In this document: piece by piece, positions 47,601 to 58,900 of the stretch
How the letters are laid out: each line of letters begins with the position of its first letter
Position numbering within the stretch: the first letter of the stretch is position 1
Position numbers and translations under genes: made by a program
Assembly: GCF_032191835.1 (NCBI RefSeq)
Contig: NC_083243.1
Span: 168,020,001-168,084,000, forward strand
Origin: Heteronotia binoei
Taxonomy: Eukaryota
Reading direction: 5' to 3'
DNA: 64,000 bases
The notes under the pieces: model-generated
The model's database searches: none
What the model was told of the DNA's origin: nothing
Seen by the model: the letters and a program-made list of their open reading frames with translations, nothing else

Positions 47601-50600
47601 TTCAAGAGTTTCAATAAGCTTTGCAGGGTGAATGTTAAACCTGCATTGGCTCGAAGGCTTGTTTGCATTACAAGCATCTCTGTCTCTGCCACATGAATAA
47701 TCACGTAGAGGAAAGGTGTTTTAGTGACAGCATTCTGTCATTTCAAACATGACAGTGGCTCAATTCAAACACCATTTAATTAACTTAATTATGGTTAGTG
47801 TGATAATCTGAACACAGGTCCCTCTGCTATTTCATGTATATACATGACCATGTAAGTCACCCTGAGCCTGCTTTGGCGGGGAGGGCGGGATATAAATCAA
47901 AACAAACAAACAAACAAACAAATAAATTATAGCTAGGATATGTCAAACTAGAATCTGAAACCATGGAGAAGTTGGTTTTAACAATGATTGGGTGTGATGA
48001 TCTTGGATTCATCTGGATTTGTTTCCCTGTACTGCCCTCACACATTCCCTAGCAACAGAGATACCTGATCAGTGAAAGAAATGAAACCACTATGTCAAAG
48101 CAAACCAGGATTCAAGTAATTTTTTTATTTCACAAACTAAGAACACAATCCGGGGGGGGGGGGGGTGGAAAGTATTTTGGAAGCAGACGAGCTGGTATGT
48201 GGGCTCAGGAAGGGTTTGCGCCGGCGTACGACTGGCGCCGCCAGAGCAGAGGTATATGGGCGGGGGGCCGCCTGAGCGGTGCCCCGCCCAAAGGCAGCAG
48301 CTCCTGAGGCTGCGCCCGAGTATGGGCGGAAGTGAGGCGTAGCACAATTTTCAGGTGGAGGAGGGGGTGGAGTTGGGGACGCGGCCAGGCTTAGGTGGCT
48401 TCCTGAGCAGTTTGGCCCATGACACGCCAGCCCCCGAGAGGTGCAACTTTATGCCTGCAAAAATGGCAGCGTGTCCCATAGGCACTCATTGAAACCAAAA
48501 ACAAAGGTCGCCGCCACCGCTGCGGAAGCTCGGAAACCCCTTAGGGAGTGGCGTGATTGCCTCAGCAATCCCCTTGCAGCTCGGGCTGACGAGCCCACTC
48601 CCCATCACCTAATCGCGGTCTCCCGCCTCCTAGAAATGCTTCCGCTCTGGCCTCGCACAACTCAGTTGTTAGAGAAAAGAGCGCATGGCAGGAAGTTCTG
48701 CCAGCGAGCTCCCGGCCATATGGACTTAGAGTGAGGGACAGGCAGGCACATTGGTGATGGGTTTTGCACCTCGCAGTTACTTTGACAGTATCTTTGTCTT
48801 GCGAGGGGGAGAGAGAGGTCTCTTCCCTGGGGCTAACTGCTCTTGATTCCAGGTCTCCACAGCTTCTGGGCTCCTGGAGGCTCTGCATGCAAGAACTGTC
48901 ACCCATAGCTGGGTAAGTTCCACTGCCCCTCCCCGCCTCCTCCTCCCCTCGCTCTCGACCGCTCGGTGTGTGAGTGTCTCTGGCACATGAACCAGGCAGT
49001 GGGCTTCAGCAGGGGGCATCTGCTGACCCCGCTCCCCTGTGCTGCCACCTGCTCCCTGCCCTTGGTCTGCCCTCTGCCATGTTCTCAGCCCCTGGCAGGG
49101 CACGAGATGTGTGTGTGTGGCAGCTGCCCCGTTGTGGGGAAGTGAGTCAGAGACTGTCCCTTTAAGTGAGCGCCTGGCTGAAACGCAGCCCACTCTTCCA
49201 GCCGCTGCCCCTGCAGGTGCTCTTGATCCCTATCTCCATTTTGCAGGTGGGAATCCAACACAGAGGCTTCCGCGTGTGCCGCTCCACTGCCTCCCCACTC
49301 CCTCAGTTGTTTCTGCCTGCCGCTCAGAATGGAGCGCCGCCCATGGCAAGACTGCCCAGTGCACTCCAGGGAGACTGCTGCACTCTGTTCTGGAAAAATA
49401 AAGTCTGAGCTGTGCCCTCTGTTGTCTCTCCCGCTTGGCATCTGCTGCACATTCCCTGGGCAACTCCCCCCCCCCGTCAGTGGCCACTCCGAGGGAATGC
49501 CTGGGAAGGAATGCCTGGGCAGATTTGTTTTTGGTGAGGGGGGGAATGGTCTATGAGCTGCCATGCTGCCCCCCGCATGGCTGGACAGGGGAGGGGAGTG
49601 CTGCCACTCAACCTGCCTGGGCTGACAGCCTACCCGACCCACAGGGCTGTTGTGCGCAGGGCACTAAGGAAGGGCTGATGAAGTGGACTCAGAGTTCTGC
49701 AGCTGATGCACTCGCACTCTGAGTTCTGCAGCCCCCAGGGGAGGTGTTCTGTGCACATGGCAGGGGGCGTCAGGGCAGCACAGGGGGTCTCTGGGTGTGG
49801 GAGTGTCTACTGCTGGGCTGCTTACTTCCAGACACACATTCCAGCCACTGTCTATGACAGCGAACTCCTGCACTTGGTACTTCCTGCTTGTCTGCCTGCC
49901 ATTGGCAGAGTCTCTGACAGCGGGAGGGTGTGAGGGGATTGATGGCTTCCCTGTGGTCCCATGCAGGCCTGTCTCACCTCCACCTGCACCTTGCCACCAA
50001 GCCAGGCTTCTAGTGCGCACATGCCCAGCCTCACTCCTGTTCCCTCCCCGTGTTGGTGGGCCATCTCTCCTTTGCCTGTGATGGTGTGCCCATCATTGGC
50101 TCCGTTCTCTGTTTGGGGGTGGGTTGGGGTTGCCTCTCCCCATCCCTGACTGTCATGAGCCGTGGCGCATGCGCCAGGACTGGCCAATGTGTGTGGGGTG
50201 GTGGTCTGGCCCTCCCCTCCAGCTGTCTCCGCCTCCCTTCCATGCCTCTGCCAGTGGCGTTGCCATGGTGACCGTCTCCCTCATGGCAAGCTACGCCTCT
50301 CCCCTCCCCACGCTCCAGCATGTCGAAGTCCTCAGGAAGTCTACTAGCGGCGCGGCAGCTACACCGTGGCCAGCCGCCCCTTATCTCTGGATTGGGCTGT
50401 AAGCATAGTTAAAATTAAACAATGTTTTGTGTTACATCTGAACTGAGCCACTATCATGCATTATGCAAATGTTTGAGTGCTGTAAATGAAGAGAGGCACT
50501 TCTTGGTTTTAGGAACTTGATTTAAACCAGAACTACTTGATATAGCAGATGAGAAAGTGCCTTGAGTATATTCAGTGAACATATTAACTGTTTGTGTGTT

Positions 50601-53600
50601 TGGGCACAATGTATCCTTGATTGAAAATGGGAAAAGTTCAAAAAAGCAATTTCATGTTATTTCCATTCATTATAATAGAAAGTGTTTTGAAGATATTCTC
50701 TCCAAATGCAAATTATGCTCTTTGTCTCTTTCTGTGTATGATCATCACAGCAATTACCATCTTTCCTTGTTGCTTGTCTTCTCTGAAGAATAATTTGATT
50801 AAGAGGAATTTTGATGAGCGGGTAAAGAATCTTAAAAATGCAGGTCAAGTTCAGCTCACTTCACTAGAGCAGTCCATATTTGCACCAAGAGCATCTTCTC
50901 TCTCCGCTGGTCATGACAATTAAGCATGCAACATAATTAGAACTCTGCCTACTTTTAGCTGTCAGTCATTATTTTTTTCAATTTAAACTATGCAAGCACT
51001 CTGAGAAAAGTAAAGAGGGATGCCTAGACTAGTCTGCATATGAATATTGTGCCTGCGTGAAGAAGGATGTTTTATGCATACAACTAAAATGCAAAGTGTA
51101 AATGAAATAAATATTTATGTGAGCACATGGATCATAAAAGTACACTCTTGCCTTGTGTGATACCACAAATGTGAGAGCACTCATGCAGCCCGTTAAAAGA
51201 AGAAAAAACAGGATAGAAAGCCTGCCAGCTATCTGTTACCATCTAGCAATGGTATATTATAAATATTATAAATATTTCATCTTATAAATATTCCCCACTT
51301 TTTCTTGTTTTTATAGTCCTGTGGCTATGCTCCCTTTCATCAGTGCTGCAGCACACAGCTGCCCTGAATCATGATGATTTTATTTATTAATTTATATCCC
51401 ACTTTTCTCCCATGGGGACCCAAAGTGACATATCATTCTCCCCTTTTCCATTTCAACCTCACAACAAGCCTGTGAGGTAGGTTAGGCTGAGGGTGTGTGA
51501 CTGGCCCAAGGTCACCCAGCAAACTTCCATAGCAAAATGGGGATCCGAACCTGGGTCTCCCAAATCCTAGTCTGATTCTCTCACCACTGTGCTACATTGA
51601 CTTCCATGAAGATGCAGTGGTGATTAATTAAATTTTTGTATAACTCAAGGATTACTTTTAAAGACCTGTTCCAAAAGAACCTAATGATCAAAGCACATGT
51701 GATGTGAGGGATCTGTGTCTGAATCCTCAAACCCACAATTGTACAAAATTCAGCCATGGATATCCCAGTACAGATCAGGGCTGTGGTTCTGGAGAAGGAA
51801 CGGTAAAAAGACAGAATACAGGTAAATGTTTTTTTTTCCCTACAACCCAGGGGAAGTCTACTTCTGACTGAGAACATAGCATGGGGAGAGGGAGACTTGG
51901 CCACCCTTTCCCCCCAACAACATAGCCCCCATCCATACCCCAGCCAGTAATTGCTTTTCACAACTCAGTTGTACATCTTGGAATCCTGATAAAGATCCCC
52001 AGCTTTACACAGGATCTGGTCCTAAATTTATGTGCTTTTAGCATGCAAAAGGCACATAACATTTTAATGTCATAGCTAAGGTAGAGCGAGTAGATAATAT
52101 GACCCTCACCTGTAGCACTGATTAACCCAACCTAAGAACTGGTTGTTATGTTGTTTTTTTTTTACAGACTTTTAAAATGTGGCAGCCCCATGCAAAGAAC
52201 AAAAGCCTATTTTAGAATATAAACATTTCTATCAGTGGCAGCTGGCATCCATCCCCACTGTCCCCATGACGGTTCTCCAAATAGAATCCTACTACTACCC
52301 AACCAAGATTCTTCCCTGTTGATTTTTAAGATCATTCTCAGCCTTAGAATCATGTGATTTCTCCTGCCATGACTGACCATACAGGCTGCTTAAATTGGAA
52401 AAGAATCACTTAAGGAAATTGTTATTGCTTAAAGGCATTAATTATAAATAGGTAAAAGCCTCTGACTTTGAGGGAGGGAAGGTGGCATGCTCTCACCTGA
52501 AGCTAAGCAGGGTCGGTACTTGGAAGGGAGACATCCAAGGAAGGCAGTGGCCAATCACCTCTGATGAATCACTTGCCTTAAAAGCCCCTTGCTGGGAGTT
52601 GCCATAAGTCAGCTCTGATTTCATGGCACTTTACACACACACACGTCTCTGAACTTTAAAAAAAACAACTCTTAGCAACTTTTACACCTCTGATGCTAAA
52701 ATTCTTGCAGAATAAAAACATACAGACTTGGGACAGTTCTGTTAATAACAAGGTAATCAGTGATTGTTTCTTATTTTTTGCTTGCTTGCTTGCTATGATC
52801 TCCGTTCACAGGATTCAAAGCACCACTGGAAATCACTCAGCTCCTTCTTCTGAGGCAGGTCTACTGCAATCCTCTGTCATTCATCCTTTTGAGGCTCTTA
52901 TACTATTATGTTTGGGGAAGATGCTAGAAGTTTCATGAATGGATATCCAGTATTCAGGCATGCAGACCCCCAGTTCCAATCAGGATTGCAATGGAGGGGG
53001 GGGGGAAGAGAGGTTTATGTCTTCTTCCCCGTGTCATTTTAGTGGCCTGTGAGGGCCATTTTAATTTGGGAAAACAGCAGGGGAGGGGGAGAGGCTGAAA
53101 ATTGAATTTATAAAAATGATGGGAATTTTCAGTGTCTCATCTGGTTGGCTCACTGTGGCCGAGAGAAAATTACTTGGCTGGGGCTCTCTAGTGAATTGTG
53201 ACTAAATAGCAATGTTATCCCAGGTGCTCAAGTCCAACGCCAGGTTTCTGTGCCTTGAATAATTCTGGTTTGCTCATGCAGATTGCTCTATGGGTTAATG
53301 AAATTTCTGCGCTGCATGGGAAAGCACTCTCAAAGCACCAACTGGAAAGAAAAGCCAATATTTTCTCTGTAAAAAACTATCTGTTTGATAGCTTCACTGT
53401 TTCAAGAAAATTCTGTGGCCGTGATGTTTAATACAAACTATCCCATGCTGGAGATGCTAGGTTACTCCTATTCCTAATTAATCACTGAATGTTTTGCTTG
53501 ATTATGAGGAAAACACAAAACTTTCTCCTCTAAAGAGACAGAACTTTTTTAAAAAGTGTTAGTTCACTCTTTTATTTTTTCACTTCAACCCCCATTAATG

Positions 53601-55808
53601 TCGTGGATGGGTGACATGCACAATACATTATTATAAGCTGATCTTTGCAAATCTTATTTGCATGTGTTTCAATGTATATTATAACAGCACATTGAGGGCA
53701 GTACCTACAAGTCACTTATAGTTCTAAATAAATATTATATAAGTTACTATACTAGCTGAAGGCCGTAATGTAATTATGTAAATATGGTAATGTCATGCTT
53801 CAGGATTTTAGCTCTGTTGGTATTTTTAGCACAGTTTACAAATGACAAGAACAATATGTGCACACCTGCTTTGTTCCTTCATGTTTAAACAATTCAGTGC
53901 AAACTGTTTGTTTCCTTACTTTGATTTTTGAATTGTAACCTAAGATCTGTCTGAACATGCAAGTAGTACTAATTTAGTAATGATCTCCAACTAACTAACT
54001 AAAATGATTGGCATAGTATTGTGCTGAAATAAAAATTAGGTCCTCGCTGACCATTGCTAATTTTTGTTATACAAATTCTATTCTAAACGAAACATAAATG
54101 GAGGATGAGTAGATAGTAGAGGTTGTCATGGTGGACAAGATAATTATGTAGAGTAGGTGGATGGTTAAGAGCAAATCCTTAGTCCAAATAAATGGTAAGG
54201 GTTCATCAACAACTTTATGTCCACAGTGCTAATTCAGATGTGGCCATAATCAGTGGCTTCAATAAAGAATGCAGGACTGAAGTGATTTTTTAAAATATTT
54301 TGGGTTCTGTCTGTCTATTTTATCCTAGTCTCCCTCCGCAGGGCTCAAGGAGAGGTAAATTGTTGTAGCCTGTTTTCATTGGGTTGGATCCATCAGATGA
54401 AGACACCACTTTTTTTAAAAAAAAAAATACTCGTTACTTTATCATAGAATTGTGATTTGTATACATCTGGGTACATATTGACCTTAGAAATGTTTATTAT
54501 AACAAAACACATAATTATTTGCTACATTCAAACAAAAGAGCAACTGAGACAATCAATACTAAGTTATAAATATTCTGCAGAGGACACATCATCTGCTGGT
54601 TACTTTGGACGCTGGAAAGATGTGATGTACTCACCAAAGATCTGACTGACAGCTCAATCGTAGGCATGTTTACTCAAAAGTAGTTCTCAAGAAATGTAAT
54701 GGAGTTTAAGGATTACAGCCTTAGGCAATGGCTGCAGAAAATCAGAGCAGCCTCAAAGGAATGAGACTGGTTCACAATGCCCTGAAGACAGATACCAATT
54801 TATTAAATTTGAACCCACATAATCAGTTAGGAAGGCTGATATTACCAATAAAAACACAGTTTAAAACTTACAGTTAGCTACAAAGAATATGCAATAAGTC
54901 AGTACGCAAAATCTTTAATGAATACAGTTATAATCAATCTCATTCCAGGCCTTCTTTAAAAAGAAAGGCCTTGATTAATTTTTAAAGCCACCATGAGACA
55001 TGGCCACATGCACTTTTCAGTGGTTCCAAAGAAGGCCCCAAGATGCTTTTCACCATACTATTATGAATGCGGGTATGTAACACAGCCTCCTTATAGTGCA
55101 TTCAGGACAACATATGGGGAGAGATATCCCTCCAGATATCCTGGAAGCTGGCCATTATTGGCTCTAGCATCAGGTGGCTTCACTCAGCCAACTGAGGATT
55201 GTTGCCAGATAAAGCTCTGTTAATATGTGTTTACTGCACACACCTCCAAGGGACATGACATTTCTGTATGCACTCCAGAGAAAAGAGAGCTGCATAATGC
55301 TGCTCAGCATTTCTATAGTACATTTCCTAAATGCTCAACGCATTTAATATAGATTTACTCAGTCATTCTGACCACAGATGGACCAACACCGTTAGCTTCC
55401 CAATAGACCAGGAGCAAGACTAGGAATGAAGCAGAGAGACAGTGGGCTGCTGAAGGCAAGCCAGAGAGGTTACATCTCAGTTGATATTTTAAATGGGGAT
55501 TACTGATGCATAGCTCATCACTATGTTACAGCAGCATGTGATCAGCATCCCTGTAGACTCTTTTCTTGCATGCACATGTGTTTGTCTGCACACATACAAA
55601 AGACCATACTTATTCCATGCATGAAAGAGTCTTTTGGTACTGTGTGCCTGTTAAGTCCCATCAAGTCCCTTTCAACATGTGGCAACCTTATGGATTAATG
55701 ACCTCTAACACATCCTGTTGTTAACACCCTTGCTCAAGTCTTTTGGTACTACTCACCCCATATCCCCACCAACATCAATGGGATAAAGGCTAGATGCTTG
55801 AATCTCAT
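26753..55808 (-). CDS. CD5: T-cell surface glycoprotein CD5, spliced CDS complement(join of 55808-55757,45248-44922,43665-43597,42499-42206,40333-40211,39344-39291,35356-35234,26841-26753), 376 aa
   Basis: Signal peptide, SRCR, T/S/P linker, SRCR, TM ending PLAYKKL, then cytoplasmic KKKQHQWIGPNGVNQN, SFHRN and SSDSDYDL, all diagnostic of CD5. Every intron is GT-AG phase 1; 1131 nt total. A donor 14 nt after the stop (26739/26738) implies a non-coding last exon. Confidence 0.93.
28499..28952. mobile_element. Non-autonomous hAT-like element
   Basis: Approximate TIRs caggcctcattttg / caaaatgactcctg; TSD ambiguous. Confidence 0.5.
29060..29792. mobile_element. hAT MITE with TAGGGTTGCCA TIRs, containing a nested MITE
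   Basis: TIRs 29060-29070 and 29782-29792; 8-bp TSD CTTTTAAT/CTTTCAAT (7/8). Confidence 0.85.
29118..29311. mobile_element. Nested hAT MITE (194 bp)
   Basis: Perfect 18-bp TIR CAATGTTCCCTCTAAGCT; perfect 8-bp TSD GTCAGGAG at 29110-29117 and 29312-29319. Confidence 0.92.
29830..32770 (+). mobile_element. CR1 LINE, near-complete ORF2 (APE endonuclease plus RT), disrupted
   Basis: GDFNYPQIDW, LDLVL, SDH, PGPDG, QHGF and FADD motifs over ORFs 29677-30723, 30686-31285 and 31897-32421; frameshift near 30700, stop at 31283, SINE insertion; (ATGTTCTT)n 3' tail. Confidence 0.93.
31392..31670 (+). mobile_element. Squam2-like SINE inserted in CR1
   Basis: Flanks rejoin to aaaaactggc-taattaacagg; (TCT)n tail. 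Confidence 0.9.
33954..34905. mobile_element. hAT MITE of the TAGGGTTGCCA family with a divergent left TIR
   Basis: Perfect TSD TTTTACTG at 33946-33953 and 34906-34913; right TIR TGGCAACCCTA; left end TAGCCTTCCCA. Confidence 0.85.
35234..35356 (-). CDS. CD5: CD5 cytoplasmic exon (123 nt)
   Basis: ttttctttag|TT; VSFHRNSSSAFHARPESQGIQDEEKGYAQDLNKNSYLSPYP; G|gtagca donor. Confidence 0.93.
35474..35661. mobile_element. Short hAT-like MITE (CAGGGCTTTT TIRs); related copies at ~26980-27136 and 45349-45471
   Basis: TIRs cagggctttt / aaaaagccctg; TSD 6/8 here and 7/8 (CTCACATT/CTCACACT) for the 45349-45471 copy. Confidence 0.75.
36172..36837. mobile_element. hAT MITE related to 33954-34905
   Basis: Long shared internal sequence; TSD ATGTATAG/ATATATAG (7/8); right TIR 36827-36837. 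Confidence 0.85.
39291..39344 (-). CDS. CD5: CD5 cytoplasmic exon (54 nt)
   Basis: ccttgttgcag|AT; YSKKKQHQWIGPNGVNQN; G|gtaaga donor. Confidence 0.95.
40211..40333 (-). CDS. CD5: CD5 transmembrane exon
   Basis: tgtctccag|GC; QDAKPVSYTETILRILLGLVLTAVFLVICVPLAYKKLANK; T|gtaagt donor. Confidence 0.93.
42206..42499 (-). CDS. CD5: CD5 second SRCR exon (294 nt, 8 Cys)
   Basis: ctttctcataag|AC; DLLRTRLEAVTSLCSG...MVC...KICQEADC...VQC...LEC...KEC...LKCS; G|gtgagt donor. Confidence 0.9.
43597..43665 (-). CDS. CD5: CD5 Thr/Ser/Pro linker exon (69 nt)
   Basis: gtcatttcag|AT; DPIKIFSGLLQTSAPLVTSSTTP; G|gtaaga donor. Confidence 0.85.
43719..44410 (-). mobile_element. CR1 3' fragment in a CD5 intron
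   Basis: ORF 44153-44485 shares RKGIENKSASIIMPLYKS...HFPYEERLK with the 31897-32421 ORF; aagaacataagagaagcc tail. Confidence 0.9.
44922..45248 (-). CDS. CD5: CD5 first SRCR exon (327 nt), including the end of the leader
   Basis: tttctgtctag|GT; GGQCLNASLMEWNVRLTGHSRCFGWLEIF...ACKQLHCG...AILCQ; G|gtaata donor. Confidence 0.92.
45701..45738 (-). ncRNA. Hammerhead-like motif with G12A core substitution (Penelope-like relic, ~45680-45975)
   Basis: GUAU-CUGAAGA-A-GUGUG(CAUG)CACAC-AAAA-GC-UU-GUAC; nearby ggtctttaaggtgccactggactc terminus on the minus strand at ~45930-45955. Confidence 0.5.
46244..46327 (+). mobile_element. CR1 3' tail fragment
   Basis: gccactgtgtgacacagagtgttggactggatggg...atgttcttatg. 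Confidence 0.8.
48141..50399. mobile_element. GC/CpG-rich 2.26-kb candidate non-autonomous PIF/Harbinger-type element in CD5 intron 1
   Basis: TAA on both flanks (48138-48140 and 50400-50402); ends GAACACAATCC vs CAGCCCAATCC (8/11 as inverted repeats); abrupt GC shift relative to flanks; no recognisable transposase. Confidence 0.5.
51380..51600 (-). mobile_element. tRNA/core-type SINE; related copies at ~56700-56920 (+), ~57100-57240 (-) and ~42720-42860
   Basis: ctcacaacaagcctgtgaggtaggttagg...cccaaggtcacccagc...gaacctgggtctcc motifs with a (ttta)n tail. Confidence 0.7.
52490..52644 (+). mobile_element. 5S rRNA-headed SINE with RTE/BovB-type tail
   Basis: gaagctaagcagggtcgg...tacttggaagggagac matches the internal part of 5S rRNA with a deletion; tail gccataagtcagc...ggcacttta(ca)n. 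Confidence 0.7.
55757..55808 (-). CDS. CD5: CD5 exon 1 (signal peptide)
   Basis: ATG 55808; MRFKHLAFIPLMLVGIW; G|gtgagt phase-1 donor compatible with the SRCR1 exon. Confidence 0.85.
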
Positions 55809-55960
55809 CGGCTCGTTCCTCCTCATTCGATCATCTACAGATAGCATGGTTTAGTCTTTCCCCTGATGCTTCTGCTACCTGCTATGGGCAAAAGGAGGGG
55901 GGCTGGGAGGAAGACAAAGTGCCTTTTTCCTCCTGATGTGGTTGTTTGCGTCATATCTCA
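55809..55960 (-). promoter_or_regulatory. CD5: Putative CD5 proximal promoter / 5' UTR
   Basis: Immediately 5' of the ATG; RUNX TGTGGTT 55937-55943, CRE/AP1-like TGCGTCA 55947-55953, GGAA cores; no TATA box seen. Confidence 0.5.
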
Positions 55961-58900
55961 GTTGCTTGAAGTTTGCTTTACTAATCTTCTCTCCCTATCG
56001 TTCATGGCATTAGAACTGCTTACTGGCCTTTCTCAACCAGGAGATCTACATCTCCAGGTTCTACTTAGCCATAAAAACCCTGCTTGTCTCCCCAGCAGAT
56101 ACTAAAGCTCACTGCTGGTGTGTCAAAATGGAGGAAACTTGCTGAAGTGAAGAGAGAGTGATATGCTGTTTGCATTAAGAAAGGTTTTAGGATAATTTCC
56201 ACACAGGCAGAGTTAGCATCCACGGCACTTATTGCTTCTCTTGGAAAGCAGAACAGGTCCTTTCATGAAACTGATAATAAAGATTCAGCTGCATGTTATC
56301 CCTCCTTCCAGCTTACCAAGGGTTTTTTTTTCTTTTGAAAATTTAGTTGTCAGGACTGTTTTAACAAGGAGAGAAACAGATTAAGGAGAGACTGAAAACG
56401 TCAGCTCTTCCCCCTCTGATCCAATTTCATATGGGAGAAAGCCGTTCTAGAGTTGATTGTCTGTTTCTTTCTCCCATACACACTACTGTCTTTCTTAAAT
56501 CAATCCTGCCAACTAAATTTGCTTTGAAAAAAGGAAGGAAAAAAACAAACAACCCCCCCCCCCCCAGCCATTATCTTAGTTTAAAATAAACCTGGAAGAA
56601 ATTCTAATGTTTATAACTTGAGTCCTTAGACTGGAGTAACTCTGCATAAAATTGCAGTGCAGAAATTCTATAAACACTGAAACAACAAACTGAAGAGCCA
56701 GCTGGGGTTAATGGCTAAAGTAGTGAAGTAGAATCTGGGACAGTTAGATTCAAATCCCATTCTACTATAGAAGCTTACTGGATGACCTTTGGCCAGTCAC
56801 ATTGTCTCAGCTTAACCTACCTCACAGGGTTGTTGTCTGGATAAAATGCAGCACTGGAAGCTGATATATATAGCCCTGAGACATGGGAGGAAGGGCAAGA
56901 TAAAAATGTAGTAAATAAAAATAAAAGGGTAGAACAGCAGCAAAACTAGGAAAAAAGTAATAAACCAATTTATCAGCTACAGTCTTAGAAGTCTCTTAAA
57001 ATCCTCAAATAGCCCTCAAACAACCAGGGAAAAACCACTACCAATTGTTTTAGGTATCTATACCTTGCTTTCCTCTCAATGAGAGTGCAAGTAAGTTACA
57101 ACTTCATTATCTTCTCCTTACGTTTATCCTTACAACAAATCTATGAGGTAAGTTAGGCTCAAAGAATGTGGCCGGCTGAAGGTTCACCCAGTTAGCTATG
57201 ATGGAAGACTGGGCATTTGAACCTGGATTTCCAACAGCCTAAGGGTGTTTTTACACTGACAGTTTGTGACTCTCTATCACCACATTGGAAACTCACCTTT
57301 TGCATTACCTAACGTTCTCACAACTGTTTTGCATCATTGCTGCCTGAAGCATCTACATTTGTTTAGGTGAGATGAGTTCCGGCGCTGCTGCTGCAACGTT
57401 TTTTTCAAAACTAGTTTTGATCCAGTCATTTCTCTACAGGAGTTTCAAACTTGTATTGTAGAAGTTTTCATGCGTTTTAAAAGACTCCTCCAAAAGCCAC
57501 AAGGTGCAGTAATTTGCATGAGAACTGACAGCACTTGAAATTTTTACATATCATTGCTTGCCTCATCTTGTAATTTAAATTTGTATTGTTTTTGCAGTGT
57601 TAACACCATTTCCAAGCAATCGCATACATTTAAGCACTGGTATTCTGTCTGCCCTCTGATCAGAGACTCCCTCCCTAAATTGAAATGCTTTCAGCAGGCA
57701 ATATAGAAGTTTGGCTATGCAAAATGAGCGCAGCAAATCCACAAATTGTAAAAGGAAAATAATTAAAATGTAACAGTGGCAGGCGATTTGAACTCTAAAA
57801 CTCTGGATCAAACTGAATGTAAAAACACCCTAAGTCTGACAGTTTAGCCATTACCCCACACTGGCTGTGATTAGAAGTTAATTTATCAGATTGTCTTGCT
57901 TTTCTCCCATGATTTAAAGCAGGATAATTTAATTGAAGAACTAATAAAGCTCCACAGAAGAGGAAGATTTAAAAGGCCTGAGAATTTGGCTAGTGCCTAA
58001 TACATTTGGCACCAGTATTTCCATGTCTTCTACAACTCTCTTTTGTTGACATCTATTTCCTTCCGTTTTGGGTCCATGGTCAGTCAGCCTTTTGCCTCAC
58101 TCAGAGCCCTGCAAACATTGTTCTGGGGCTTTTTGCAGAGTAATAGGAGGTGAGTTGGCAGGAGACCATGTAGGAATGGAAACACTCAATTTAAAAGCAT
58201 TATTTCTAAAGAAGCACAGCGGAAACCATGAGAAAAACACACTGAAGGTCTTATTGCTCAAGGTATATAGATACAAAGTACTCTGTTGGCACAGCAGTGT
58301 GCCAAAATCTGTTAGTAGTTTTGGAGAGTATAGGGATATTTAGCTCGAGGGTAGTAGTGGTTGTATTTTTGCTTAATCTCTTTATTTTATATAATTTTGC
58401 ATTTTATATAAATTTGTACTGTCTAAAAGCCTAGGAGCTGTATAGATGCACCTGTCAATAAATTGAAATAGCTGCCCCAGTTCCCCAAAAATGTGTTCAG
58501 CAGTCAACTTCCTTGCTGCTCAGTCCTCCCTGTATTGACTATATCCAAGTACTTTTATTTGTGTCTTTTTCCCCCTTTGGATTCCTACCTGGATTTATTT
58601 GTTTGGGTCCCTGGTTAGCACTTGGGTCAGCACTTGTGTCAGCACTTGGCTAGCTCTCTCTGGGAACTCCAGACCCCAAATTTCTTCCCCTTCAATAATG
58701 CCTTTTAGGAACTATTAAGAGAGAAACTGAAAAGTGACAACAGAAAAATTGTTAGCTGGGGTGGGTGGGAGAGAAAGGTGATGTCTGAAACCAGGGGAGG
58801 CATGTCTAAAAGACAAGGGAAGACTGTCCTAGAATGGAAACAGGTCTCAACCTTCTTATCCTAAAAGCTGGGGGCTAGAATGAAAGGCAGCTGCTATACA

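Noticed and set aside
51581-51961. 126-aa minus-strand ORF as a CD5 N-terminal exon
   Set aside because: Not a convincing signal peptide, no strong phase-1 donor, and it overlaps a SINE; 55757-55808 fits far better.
52490-52540. 5S rRNA gene
   Set aside because: Internal fragment with a deletion, followed by a retroposon tail.
54625-54670. ATG...TTG|GTGAGT mini-exon on the minus strand
   Set aside because: Phase 0 (incompatible with the SRCR1 exon), non-hydrophobic, and its ATG lies in a small palindromic repeat.
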